Source of the DNA: a virus
Taxonomy: Duplodnaviria; Caudoviricetes
Length of the DNA stretch: 64,000 nt
IMG/VR virus record: IMGVR_UViG_3300036762_000188
Strand: one strand, 5' to 3'
In this document: piece by piece, positions 17,344 to 24,937 of the stretch
Layout: the number at the start of each line of letters is the position of its first letter
How positions within the stretch are numbered: position 1 is the stretch's first letter
Translations under genes and position numbers: made by a program
The notes under the pieces: generated by a model
Told to the model about the DNA's origin: nothing
The model's database searches: none
Seen by the model: only the letters and a program-made list of their open reading frames with translations

Positions 17344-17848
17344 GATCGTAAATTTATACGGAGGACCAGGGTCCGGTAAAAGTACTACTGCAGCAGCTTT
17401 ATTCGCAGAGATGAAGAATCAAGGGATTAACTGTGAATTGGTCACAGAGTACGCTAAGGAGTTAGTATGGGAGCAGTCTAATTGCAAACTAGACGATCAG
17501 CTGTACATATTCGCTAAGCAATACCGTAGGATCAGTAGGCTCTTAGGCAGGGTAGACTACGTGGTGACAGACGCACCTATACTTAATTCATTGGTATACG
17601 GCGTGACCACTGATACATTCAAAGACTTAGTGCGTGAGACTTATGCTTCTATGGATAACATAGACGTATTCCTGCGTAGGGTTAAGGTTTACAACCCTGC
17701 CGGCCGTCAGCAGACGGAGGGTCAGGCACGTGATCTTGACCAGGATATCGAGTTGATATTAAATGATATAGCTGACTTACACTATGTTAATGGGGATAGG
17801 AGTGCTATACCGCCTTTAATGGAGTTAATAGGACATGTCACGGAGTAG
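17336..17848 (+). CDS. P-loop kinase/ATPase (NadR-kinase/AAA_28-like)
   Basis: VNLYGGPGSGKST, ELVTEYAKELVW, VVTDAP, GRQQTE. Confidence 0.75.
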   Translation: MTKIVNLYGGPGSGKSTTAAALFAEMKNQGINCELVTEYAKELVWEQSNCKLDDQLYIFAKQYRRISRLLGRVDYVVTDAPILNSLVYGVTTDTFKDLVRETYASMDNIDVFLRRVKVYNPAGRQQTEGQARDLDQDIELILNDIADLHYVNGDRSAIPPLMELIGHVTE

Positions 17849-18068
17849 ACGGAAGCTTCCGGGTTATGCAGATCGTAATCCCTATATGAAGAATTACGCT
17901 AACCGTCGTTTACGCGTACTAGAGCGTACGGATCCCTACCACGAATCTATGAATCACGGACGGTACCGTAGGCTCACTAGCCCGTGGAATATATGTGACT
18001 GGAGGGTTATATATACTAGGCAGGAGTGGTTAGCCACTAAACACCCTTACAAATGGATAAGAAAATGA
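17835..18068 (+). CDS. Small basic protein (MSRSRRK type)
   Basis: MSRSRRK..K..ANRRLR..YRR...W.I.D. Confidence 0.6.
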   Translation: MSRSRRKLPGYADRNPYMKNYANRRLRVLERTDPYHESMNHGRYRRLTSPWNICDWRVIYTRQEWLATKHPYKWIRK

Positions 18069-18355
18069 ATTACTTCGAACGCGTAGAGTCTTCTCTAAGA
18101 GGATGCTCTGAGAAACACCTAAGACTCTCTAGTCGCAGGGGTCTTGGATACTCACAAACAGGATGGGATAACGCTAAAGCCAAGGCGTGTGCCCGCCATA
18201 TGCCTCGGGGTAAGGCATATCGCGTAATGTCCAGTATCGATCGTACTAAGAGATACATGGATATTATTTCAGATACCTCTAAGATACTCAGAAGTGTGAG
18301 AGAAACTTATGCGGTAGATGATATCTTAGCAGAGTATCTTCCGTGGATAAGATAA
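18065..18355 (+). CDS. Hypothetical basic protein
   Basis: ORF coupled to neighbours; start uncertain. Confidence 0.45.
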   Translation: MNYFERVESSLRGCSEKHLRLSSRRGLGYSQTGWDNAKAKACARHMPRGKAYRVMSSIDRTKRYMDIISDTSKILRSVRETYAVDDILAEYLPWIR

Positions 18356-18525
18356 CAGTATGGAAGCGACTTGATCAGCATGGTAGATGGGAGCACAACC
18401 ATATTGAAAGCGGTTGGGTAGAAGGAACTCCGTTAGTTAAGTTCGAGTCTCAGGCTGGATGGGCTAACGGTAAATGGAAGCATGAACATAAGTACTTAAA
18501 GGATGGTGTAGTATGCAGTATGTAG
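18343..18525 (+). CDS. Hypothetical protein
   Basis: WEHNHIE.GW motif. Confidence 0.5.
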   Translation: MDKITVWKRLDQHGRWEHNHIESGWVEGTPLVKFESQAGWANGKWKHEHKYLKDGVVCSM

Positions 18526-18998
18526 ATATGGTACAATTATTAGCTAAGCCGGGACAGGATATTTTAGATGGCATGACTGCCGATAAGATGCATCTGCTGC
18601 ATATGGCCCTGGGTGTGGCTGGGGAGACCTTCGAGCTATTAAATAGCACTGACGCGGATAATTTTAAGGAAGAGGCCGGGGATCTGCTGTTCTATTTAGT
18701 AGGTCTCGGCGTGCCTACCGTAGAGGTGCCGTTTAGTAGTGATTTTGAATGGGGATTGACGTCTAGCGCGGAATCCGTAGTAGATCAGATTAAGAAGTAC
18801 TGTATCTACGGTAAGGACCTAGATACACAATCTCTAGAGACTGCAGTATCACAGGTTATGTGTTACTTGGAGTGCCTAGTCATTCAAGAAGGTTTGACTA
18901 TGGATGAGATCCGTACTAGTAACTATGATAAGCTTATGAATAAGCGCTACCCTAATGGTTATAGTGATGCTGCCGCTATAGCCCGGGCTGATAAATGA
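18513..18998 (+). CDS. MazG-like NTP pyrophosphohydrolase
   Basis: HMALGVAGETFE, KEEAGDLLFY, NYDKL..RYP.GYSD..A..RAD. Confidence 0.8.
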   Translation: MQYVDMVQLLAKPGQDILDGMTADKMHLLHMALGVAGETFELLNSTDADNFKEEAGDLLFYLVGLGVPTVEVPFSSDFEWGLTSSAESVVDQIKKYCIYGKDLDTQSLETAVSQVMCYLECLVIQEGLTMDEIRTSNYDKLMNKRYPNGYSDAAAIARADK

Positions 18999-19137
18999 GT
19001 GTAGACTTCCGGCTACTTCGAGGTGCTCACGGACTAGCAGGCGGGTATAATTGAGATGCCTTTAAGCACAAGATCCTAAGAAACGAGACCATACCGGTTA
19101 GTGTACTTAATTATTTACATAAAGATAAGGTGATGTT

Positions 19138-19332
19138 ATGGACGCATTTGGAAACCCCCTAGAGATAGGTGATGAAGTAGTATACGGGGCTATGTATTCT
19201 GGAGGCCTTCATATGGGTACTGTCTTACGGGTCACTCCTAAGGGTGCCACGATCCAAAGGTACCCACTTGAAAATCGGCAAGAGCTACCTTATGCCAGAC
19301 GGTCTAAGCATATATATAAGGTGCCTAAATGA
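19138..19332 (+). CDS. Small SH3/KOW-like protein
   Basis: DAFGNPLEIGDEV..G.V...TPK. Confidence 0.55.
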   Translation: MDAFGNPLEIGDEVVYGAMYSGGLHMGTVLRVTPKGATIQRYPLENRQELPYARRSKHIYKVPK

Positions 19333-19538
19333 GAGATTTTAGAGGCTGCGAAATGCAAGAAGGAGATTTAGTAGCATTCTCAGGATGTTCTGATAGTACT
19401 CTTAAGCTAGGCAGAATCATAGGTTTTACACCACGTATGGTATCTATAGAGTATACCGCAGAGGATCGCAGAGGTACGTCCCTTCGCACTACTAGGCGAA
19501 TACCAGACTATGTATGTAACTTAAATATTCAGGCGTAA
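19329..19538 (+). CDS. Small SH3/KOW-like protein (paralog)
   Basis: DFRG..MQEGDLVAF..LGRIIGFTPRMV. Confidence 0.55.
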   Translation: MRDFRGCEMQEGDLVAFSGCSDSTLKLGRIIGFTPRMVSIEYTAEDRRGTSLRTTRRIPDYVCNLNIQA

Positions 19539-19576
19539 CGTGTTATAAGTAAGGTAAGCAACTTTAGGAGTAACGT

Positions 19577-20122
19577 ATGCCTACTATAACTCGTGCATTA
19601 GCACAGATCCGGAAGCTAGACGCTGATATCTCAAATTTTAGATCTGATATATGTGGAGTGACCACTGCAGGTAAAACTGATGGCCAGGATACTGCCGCAA
19701 GAGAGGCTATATTCAAGGTTACCTTCCAGTCGATGGAAGATAAGGTGCGGGAGCGTAATCGCATCAAGATGGCTATCGTAAATTCTAATGCCACCAACAC
19801 CATTACAGTACCTCACTACGGTACTATAACGGTTGCTGCGGCGATAGAATTACGTGCTAGTAATGCCAACCGTAAGAGTTTACTAGATATGTACCAACGG
19901 TCGTACCAGAAGGCTTTACAGCAGATAGCTCAGGGTGTAGAATCTCTTCGTAAAGAAGATAAAAGCCCTGAACTAGTAACTTTAATGACCCCTACTCTAT
20001 GCGATCCAGTTAACATAGCAGGTAATTTAGATGCTATGCGGTCATCATGTATCGAATTCGACTCGGAAATCGACACACTTTTAAGTGAGCATAATGCCGT
20101 TACTACGGTAGAGTACTCCTAA
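19577..20122 (+). CDS. Alpha-helical coiled-coil protein (DIP1984/'septicolysin'-like)
   Basis: TITRALAQIRKLD..I, IKMAIVNSNA.NT, ITVAAAI, LCDP, EID..LSEHNAVT; own promoter motif at 19541 and AGGAG RBS. Confidence 0.65.
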   Translation: MPTITRALAQIRKLDADISNFRSDICGVTTAGKTDGQDTAAREAIFKVTFQSMEDKVRERNRIKMAIVNSNATNTITVPHYGTITVAAAIELRASNANRKSLLDMYQRSYQKALQQIAQGVESLRKEDKSPELVTLMTPTLCDPVNIAGNLDAMRSSCIEFDSEIDTLLSEHNAVTTVEYS

Positions 20123-20127
20123 CCCTT

Positions 20128-20357
20128 TTTGAACAGCCCGGCGAAACACAGAAGTGAATCCTATCTACAGGAGGTTACCTGCAGGAATTGACTATTAATT
20201 AATATACTAGATAAAAGTTCAGAGTTCAAAGCTCAAACTTCAGTATTCAATAGTTCAAATTTCAGCGTTCAACCTTCAAAGATTAAGGAAATCCTACATA
20301 CAAAGTTTAGTGGTTATTCACACCCTTGTGTAACAGTAGGCGGCCGGGATGTTCAAA
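20128..20357 (+). ncRNA. Putative structured ncRNA with a heptamer repeat array
   Basis: Terminal stem TTTGAACAGCCCGGC/GCCGGGATGTTCAAA; inner pairing ACACA..GTGAAT/ATTCAC..TGTGT; nine NNNNTCA units at 20215-20278. Confidence 0.65.
20215..20285 (+). repeat. Degenerate 7-nt tandem repeat, consensus RANTTCA
   Basis: AAGTTCA GAGTTCA AAGCTCA AACTTCA GTATTCA ATAGTTCA AATTTCA GCGTTCA ACCTTCA AAGATTA. Confidence 0.85.
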
Positions 20358-20379
20358 CCCTTATACTTATAGGATCATT

Positions 20380-21366
20380 ATGATAAATGTAGATGAAGAT
20401 TCTTTGGTTCACGATACACTGAATACGGTAGACAATTACTTCACAACAAGCTTCGTATTAACCTGGCTTGATAAGGCGGACCTAGACTTAAAATTACAAA
20501 AATTAGGTAGAGGACCCGTATATTTCAAAGATACAGGTTCTTTGAAATACAAATGTTACAGATGGGGAAATACACTGTTTGCCAGAGGTACCGCTGAAGG
20601 TATACGTTATTTAAGCGACCTGATTGGTAGCGTAGCTCAAGAGGCTCCTAAAGACCTCTCTGGTAGAGCCCATATAAAGCAGCAGCATTACCTAGAAGGG
20701 CGTATGCAGTCTAAGGACTCTTATATCCACGCTAAAGATCTAGAGGTTATGGACTTCCTGAACCCCGGATTAGACGTTAAAACTATGACTCGTCAGTACT
20801 TGACCTCACCTGAGAACCTACTGATATTCGTAGGCCCTCCTGGTACGGGTAAGACCAGTCTAATAAAAGCCATTATCAGTATAGGCGTAGAGATGGGCCT
20901 AGACAAAGTGATATACACCAAGGATACTAGCTTATTAGGGAGCCAGGCATTTTGGTCTCAGCAATTTAATGGCTGCGATCTAGTGATATTGGATGACGTA
21001 GACGGTTTACTCACTCCTCGTAATATGGAGGGCGAGAATACGTTCACAACCAATATACTGTCGGTGACTAACGGCGTGTTCCCTTCTAAGACTAAGTTTA
21101 TCATATCTACCAATCTGCACGACGGTAAAATAGATTCTGCATTAGCTCGTCCTGGACGTTGTTTCGATATTTTAAACCTGAAGACTCTTACAGAGGATCA
21201 GGCTATTGATATATGGACTACTAAGCTGGGATTAGAATTGAAAGACTACCAGTTCTCTGGTAATGTATCCCAGGCTGCTCTTATAAGCGAGGCTGAGAAG
21301 CTTCAAACTAAGGCCAGTATTTATCTTACCGATAAAAGTCTTTCCATACGTAATAATTACGTGTAA
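20380..21366 (+). CDS. AAA+ ATPase
   Basis: GPPGTGKTS, LVILDDVD, ISTN, IDSALARPGRCFD; AGGA RBS before ATG 20380. Confidence 0.85.
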   Translation: MINVDEDSLVHDTLNTVDNYFTTSFVLTWLDKADLDLKLQKLGRGPVYFKDTGSLKYKCYRWGNTLFARGTAEGIRYLSDLIGSVAQEAPKDLSGRAHIKQQHYLEGRMQSKDSYIHAKDLEVMDFLNPGLDVKTMTRQYLTSPENLLIFVGPPGTGKTSLIKAIISIGVEMGLDKVIYTKDTSLLGSQAFWSQQFNGCDLVILDDVDGLLTPRNMEGENTFTTNILSVTNGVFPSKTKFIISTNLHDGKIDSALARPGRCFDILNLKTLTEDQAIDIWTTKLGLELKDYQFSGNVSQAALISEAEKLQTKASIYLTDKSLSIRNNYV

Positions 21367-21379
21367 AATATAAGAATAT

Positions 21380-21455
21380 TCCTTAATAGCTCAATCGGTA
21401 GAGCGGGCGGCTGTTAACCGCCAGGTTGGAGGTTCAAGTCCTTCTTAAGGAGCCA
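21380..21455 (+). tRNA. tRNA-Asn(GTT)
   Basis: TCCTTAA/TTAAGGA; GGCGG-CTGTTAA-CCGCC; G73; CCA. Confidence 0.93.
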
Positions 21456-21642
21456 TTCCGGGGTTTAATAGACCCGGCGAGCCTACGGGCATCTATAGAA
21501 TATCACGGTAGAAGAAGTAGCATACGGACATAATGTAGTAACCTAAAGGTGAAAAAGGTCCCGAGGGCGAAAAGTAAACTTAGGGTATGATATAGTAGAG
21601 CTAAGGGAATATCATTATTGAAACCTTAACTCTTTAAAACAT

Positions 21643-21730
21643 GGAAGGGTGGCCGAGTGGTTTAAGGCTCTAGTCTTGAAAATTAGCGTCCCGAAAGGGG
21701 CCCTGGGTTCGAATCCCAGCCCTTCCGCCA
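21643..21730 (+). tRNA. tRNA-Ser(TGA)
   Basis: GGAAGGG/CCCTTCC; CTAGT-CTTGAAA-ATTAG; long variable arm; GCCA. Confidence 0.93.
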
Positions 21731-21822
21731 GAAGTGGTTATGGATGGACGGTATTGAGACCGTCTACTAATAACTTACTATCCCGACGGCTCACTTCTAA
21801 CGGTAACGTCGGGTAAATATTC
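21731..21822 (+). repeat. Post-CCA structured element, copy 1
   Basis: AAGT-[hairpin]-ACTATCCCGACG..TCTAACGGTAA-CGTCGGGTA; 40 nt identical to 22619-22658. Confidence 0.75.
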
Positions 21823-21860
21823 TAATGTATACACTTTCAGTGTCTATATTTAAGGAGACT

Positions 21861-22250
21861 ATGATGAACGAATATCTAATAGCTGTAATGACTGCAGTAG
21901 CATTGATAGTAGGACTATTATCCTATATATTATTAGCACGTAAACGCGTAGATAAACGTTCTGACGAAATCGAAGGGTATGTAAGAAGAAGTAGAGAGCT
22001 ACGTGCTAAAAAGCTTAAAAGTCTAGAGTCAGATGCTGCACAAGACTCGACGATGGATATAGAGGACTTATACCCTCAGGTATCTACGTCGGACTTATGC
22101 GATAGCTCTAAGCACACGTGTAGTCCTGACGAGAATTCAGTTCTTAGGAATACAGTTTATTCTGATAGCTCTAGCTCAGACAGTTTTAGTAGTTCTAGCT
22201 CATGCAGTTCTAGCTCGTCTAGCTCGTCTAGCTCATGCAGTTACGATTAA
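21861..22250 (+). CDS. Membrane-anchored protein with Ser-rich tail
   Basis: N-terminal TM; C-terminal poly-Ser encoded by TCTAGCTC(G/A) repeats; AGGAG RBS. Confidence 0.65.
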   Translation: MMNEYLIAVMTAVALIVGLLSYILLARKRVDKRSDEIEGYVRRSRELRAKKLKSLESDAAQDSTMDIEDLYPQVSTSDLCDSSKHTCSPDENSVLRNTVYSDSSSSDSFSSSSSCSSSSSSSSSSCSYD

Positions 22251-22334
22251 GATAGTTAACATTATAGCTGCAATAGCGGTGTATACTGTAGTGGCAGTTG
22301 TATTATGCTACGTGGTGTACACTATAAGTATTGA

Positions 22335-22409
22335 ATCCGTTTCGTCCAGCGGTTAGGACACTACCCTTTCAAGGTGGTAACACGAGTTCGAATCTCGTAG
22401 CGGATACCA
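22335..22409 (+). tRNA. tRNA-Glu(TTC)
   Basis: ATCCGTT/AGCGGAT; CTACC-CTTTCAA-GGTGG; CCA. Confidence 0.9.
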
Positions 22410-22413
22410 ATTA

Positions 22414-22501
22414 GGAAGGTTGGCTGAGAGGATTAAGGCACTCCCCTGCTAAGGGAACGTCCCGAAAGGGACCGATGGTTCGAATCCATCACCTTCCGCC
22501 A
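22414..22501 (+). tRNA. tRNA-Ser(GCT)
   Basis: GGAAGGT/ACCTTCC; TCCC-CTGCTAA-GGGA; long variable arm; GCCA. Confidence 0.93.
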
Positions 22502-22577
22502 GAAGTAACCCTCCCACTGGGTGGAGGGTAACTATCCCCGTGGTTAAACATCTAACGGTAACACGGGGTAAATATTC
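22502..22577 (+). repeat. Post-CCA structured element, copy 2
   Basis: AAGT-[hairpin]-ACTATCCCCGTG..TCTAACGGTAA-CACGGGGTAAATATTC; compensatory stem changes relative to copy 1. Confidence 0.7.
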
Positions 22578-22593
22578 GGCTACGGCCTTACCA

Positions 22594-22658
22594 AAGTAAT
22601 AGTCTAAATGTAGGCTGATACTATCCCGACGGCTCACTTCTAACGGTAACGTCGGGTA
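22594..22658 (+). repeat. Post-CCA structured element, copy 3
   Basis: CCA-AAGT-[TAGTCTA/TAGGCTG hairpin]-ACTATCCCGACG...CGTCGGGTA. Confidence 0.75.
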
Positions 22659-22661
22659 CAA

Positions 22662-22737
22662 TGCGGGGTAGTTCAGAGGTTAGAATGCAGGACTCATAAT
22701 CCTGATGTCGCCGGTTCGAATCCGGCCCCCGCAACCA
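22662..22737 (+). tRNA. tRNA-Met(CAT) with initiator-like acceptor stem
   Basis: TGCGGGG/CCCCGCA; CAGGA-CTCATAA-TCCTG; ACCA. Confidence 0.9.
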
Positions 22738-22758
22738 GTTTTGCCGTGATACTTACGG

Positions 22759-22830
22759 GATTAATGTGTTAAGTTTGGTGACATAGCCGCTACCAAGGTG
22801 GCTATTAACGGTTCGACTCCGGTATTATAC
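22759..22830 (+). pseudogene. Degenerate tRNA-like remnant
   Basis: TAGCCGC-TACCAAG-GTGGCTA hairpin followed by CGGTTCGACTCCG T loop; no convincing acceptor stem. Confidence 0.35.
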
Positions 22831-22856
22831 TACGCGTAAGGAGTACCATCGGCTCT

Positions 22857-22934
22857 CGGGGTTTAGCTCAGTTTGTGTAGAGCGCTCGGTTTGGGACCGA
22901 GAGGTCATAGGTTCGAATCCTATAACCCCGACCA
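22857..22934 (+). tRNA. tRNA-Pro(TGG)
   Basis: CGGGGTT/AACCCCG; CTCGG-TTTGGGA-CCGAG; ACCA. Confidence 0.93.
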
Positions 22935-22949
22935 ATTTTAAGGAGTGCT

Positions 22950-23168
22950 ATGAGAGCATATGGCATACCTAGGGTACTCGATACGGAGTACCCGGATGTA
23001 GCGGATATAAGGAAGTTTGGTTTTAACACCTCCACGGGTGGCAGGGATTACTTTAAGAATAAAGCATCTAAAGCCGCCTCTAGGCGTTACTATAAGAAAC
23101 GCCACCGCTTACAGATTAAAGCAGAGTTAAGGATAGGTACGCATGCTGGAAAATGCACCGCGCTGTAA
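22950..23168 (+). CDS. Small basic protein
   Basis: AGGAG RBS; 3' end runs into tRNA-Tyr. Confidence 0.55.
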   Translation: MRAYGIPRVLDTEYPDVADIRKFGFNTSTGGRDYFKNKASKAASRRYYKKRHRLQIKAELRIGTHAGKCTAL

Positions 23169-23214
23169 ACGCGCTGGGAAACCTTTGGGGGTTCGAGTCC
23201 CTCCCTATCCACCA
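23131..23214 (+). tRNA. tRNA-Tyr(GTA)
   Basis: GGATAGG/CCTATCC; CGCG-CTGTAAA-CGCG; variable arm; ACCA; atypical D arm. Confidence 0.85.
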
Positions 23215-23346
23215 GATATGATCGATAGGAAAGAGTATCCAGGACTGAATGATCTGAGATGCTCGTAGGTATCTAGATAGTGTTAGCAGAGAGGAGCAGC
23301 TTTTAGTGGATAGGTTATGTAAAACTTACGGTAAGGGGTTATTCCT

Positions 23347-23730
23347 GTGATAAAGATTATATTAGGTGATATATCTAATGATGGACATGAACAGAAATCT
23401 ATTTATCTCATGCAGATAAACTGCGAGATAGAGGAGATGCAGGCTGCCTATAAGAAATCATGTGAGGATACAGGTATACTATTCCACAATATAGTTTCTA
23501 TGTACGAAGACGCCCAAATACCACTGAATATAGTAGAGCGTTTTAAAGAGCTCGGCATGGATCTAGAGGGTATCGACACTGATCATCTGGATGAAGATAT
23601 GTACCTACATCTTCTAGAGCAGTTCATAGTATTAAGCCTACCTGGATTCAACATGAAAGAAGTAGAGGTGCCTATTTTTAATAGGATGGCAGCGGATATT
23701 TTCTTAGGCTACGGTCTATTCAGCATGTAA
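23347..23730 (+). CDS. Hypothetical phage protein
   Basis: LGD.S.DGH...AYKKSC...YED...GYGLF, a conserved phage-family pattern. Confidence 0.65.
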   Translation: MIKIILGDISNDGHEQKSIYLMQINCEIEEMQAAYKKSCEDTGILFHNIVSMYEDAQIPLNIVERFKELGMDLEGIDTDHLDEDMYLHLLEQFIVLSLPGFNMKEVEVPIFNRMAADIFLGYGLFSM

Positions 23731-23805
23731 GCGGGATTAACTCAGAGGTAGAGTCTCTGCCTTCCAAGCAGTAGGTCGGGGGTTCGATTCCCCCATCCCG
23801 CTCCA
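23731..23805 (+). tRNA. tRNA-Gly(TCC)
   Basis: GCGGGAT/ATCCCGC; CTGC-CTTCCAA-GCAG; TCCA (U73). Confidence 0.93.
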
Positions 23806-23811
23806 TATTAT

Positions 23812-23832
23812 AGCCGCACTGCGGCTTTTTTT
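23812..23832 (+). terminator. Rho-independent terminator
   Basis: AGCCGCA-C-TGCGGCT-TTTTTT. Confidence 0.6.
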
Positions 23833-23847
23833 ACGTCCGGAGGAAAG

Positions 23848-24525
23848 ATGAAAGGATGCAAGATTATAGATTCCCGTGTAGCTGAGGTAGGTAGTTTCGC
23901 TACTGAAGTATCCAATGATGACATACGTAACGAACCTATGTTCTTTAATTGTGACGTAGATTTTAGCTATAAGCACGGCGGTCCTATAACACGGTCGTTC
24001 CTGGATAATCTGCCAGCAGGATGGGACGGTGTGTTCGATAGTCGCGTGCATATGTTAATGAAAGGCTGGTACCCGGCTATACCAGGCTATCATCATGACG
24101 ACGTACCCCGCCCAGATATACCTGCAGGGCAACACTTCATTACAGCCGGTCAGCCGGACTACGATAATCCTACATATAAGTCTAATCATATCCTAGGCCT
24201 AGTGAACGCTGATGTAGCTCCTACTCACTTCGCCTTAGGTAGAGCTACCTTCTCAGAGATACCTGACGGCGAGCTGATATATCGTGCCTGGCACTTAGAG
24301 GTATTGGATAAGATTATGTCAGGTGAGTTGACTCCCTATAAGACTCCTGATAGAACCTTACTACAGTTTAACTGGCAGTCCTGGCATCAGGGTGTAGAGG
24401 CCGTAGGTCACGGCTGGCGCTGGTTCGGTAGAGTCAGTAAGGATACGGGCAGGCTTAGCAAGATAACTAATGAGATAAGGGTCAATTCCCAGGTGTATAT
24501 GAAATTCCCTATGGAAGGGTGGTAA
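23848..24525 (+). CDS. Putative 2OG-Fe(II) dioxygenase-fold protein
   Basis: IPGYHHD (HxD) ... WHQG (distal H) ... GWRWFGR (R); GGAGG RBS. Confidence 0.55.
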   Translation: MKGCKIIDSRVAEVGSFATEVSNDDIRNEPMFFNCDVDFSYKHGGPITRSFLDNLPAGWDGVFDSRVHMLMKGWYPAIPGYHHDDVPRPDIPAGQHFITAGQPDYDNPTYKSNHILGLVNADVAPTHFALGRATFSEIPDGELIYRAWHLEVLDKIMSGELTPYKTPDRTLLQFNWQSWHQGVEAVGHGWRWFGRVSKDTGRLSKITNEIRVNSQVYMKFPMEGW

Positions 24526-24937
24526 TGTTTATGAGAGATTATGAAGAGTTAATGAGACGCTCTAGTGAGGAGTTCAGGGCTAAGGTGGCGGCTGATGCAC
24601 CTAGAAGGGTATTGGAGAATGCTAAGAGGTTTACTAATGAGTGTTATCTCCTTCAAACGCACAATAATCGTATATACGGACCTTTAAAGGAGGTATCATG
24701 GTAAAATTCCTGAAGTGGTTAAAGCCCTATAGAATCTGGGCGTACACTGGACGTACGCGCCTGATATGTAGGATATACCTGAGCGTGCTGTATTGGACAG
24801 CACGCGGAGATATGAGTTTAACGCTAGACGTCTACCGTACGTGTAAGTGCTACGGCCTAACCTCCAGTGAGCTTACTAGGCTAATGCGTCGGTATAATAC
24901 CGAATTCTCCGTGACTCACACTAACGGTATGATAACG

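Noticed and set aside
18995-19162. Possible small gene interrupted by an in-frame TGA (MSVDFRLL...YN*DAFKHKIL...)
   Set aside because: Single instance with no recognisable homology; it cannot be distinguished from chance or a simple nonsense mutation.
20215-20285. CRISPR array
   Set aside because: Units are 7 nt with no 25-45 nt spacers and no cas genes; reported as a heptamer-repeat RNA instead.
21731-22658. Assignment to a known ribozyme class (theta/HDV, twister, pistol, hammerhead)
   Set aside because: I could not place the required conserved cores (P1.1 GG and catalytic C; CUGANGA/GAAA; twister loops) by eye.
22449-24051. Minus-strand ORFs 22449-22661 and 23737-24051
   Set aside because: They overlap tRNA genes in antisense, giving typical tRNA shadow translations such as GFEPS and GESNPRP.
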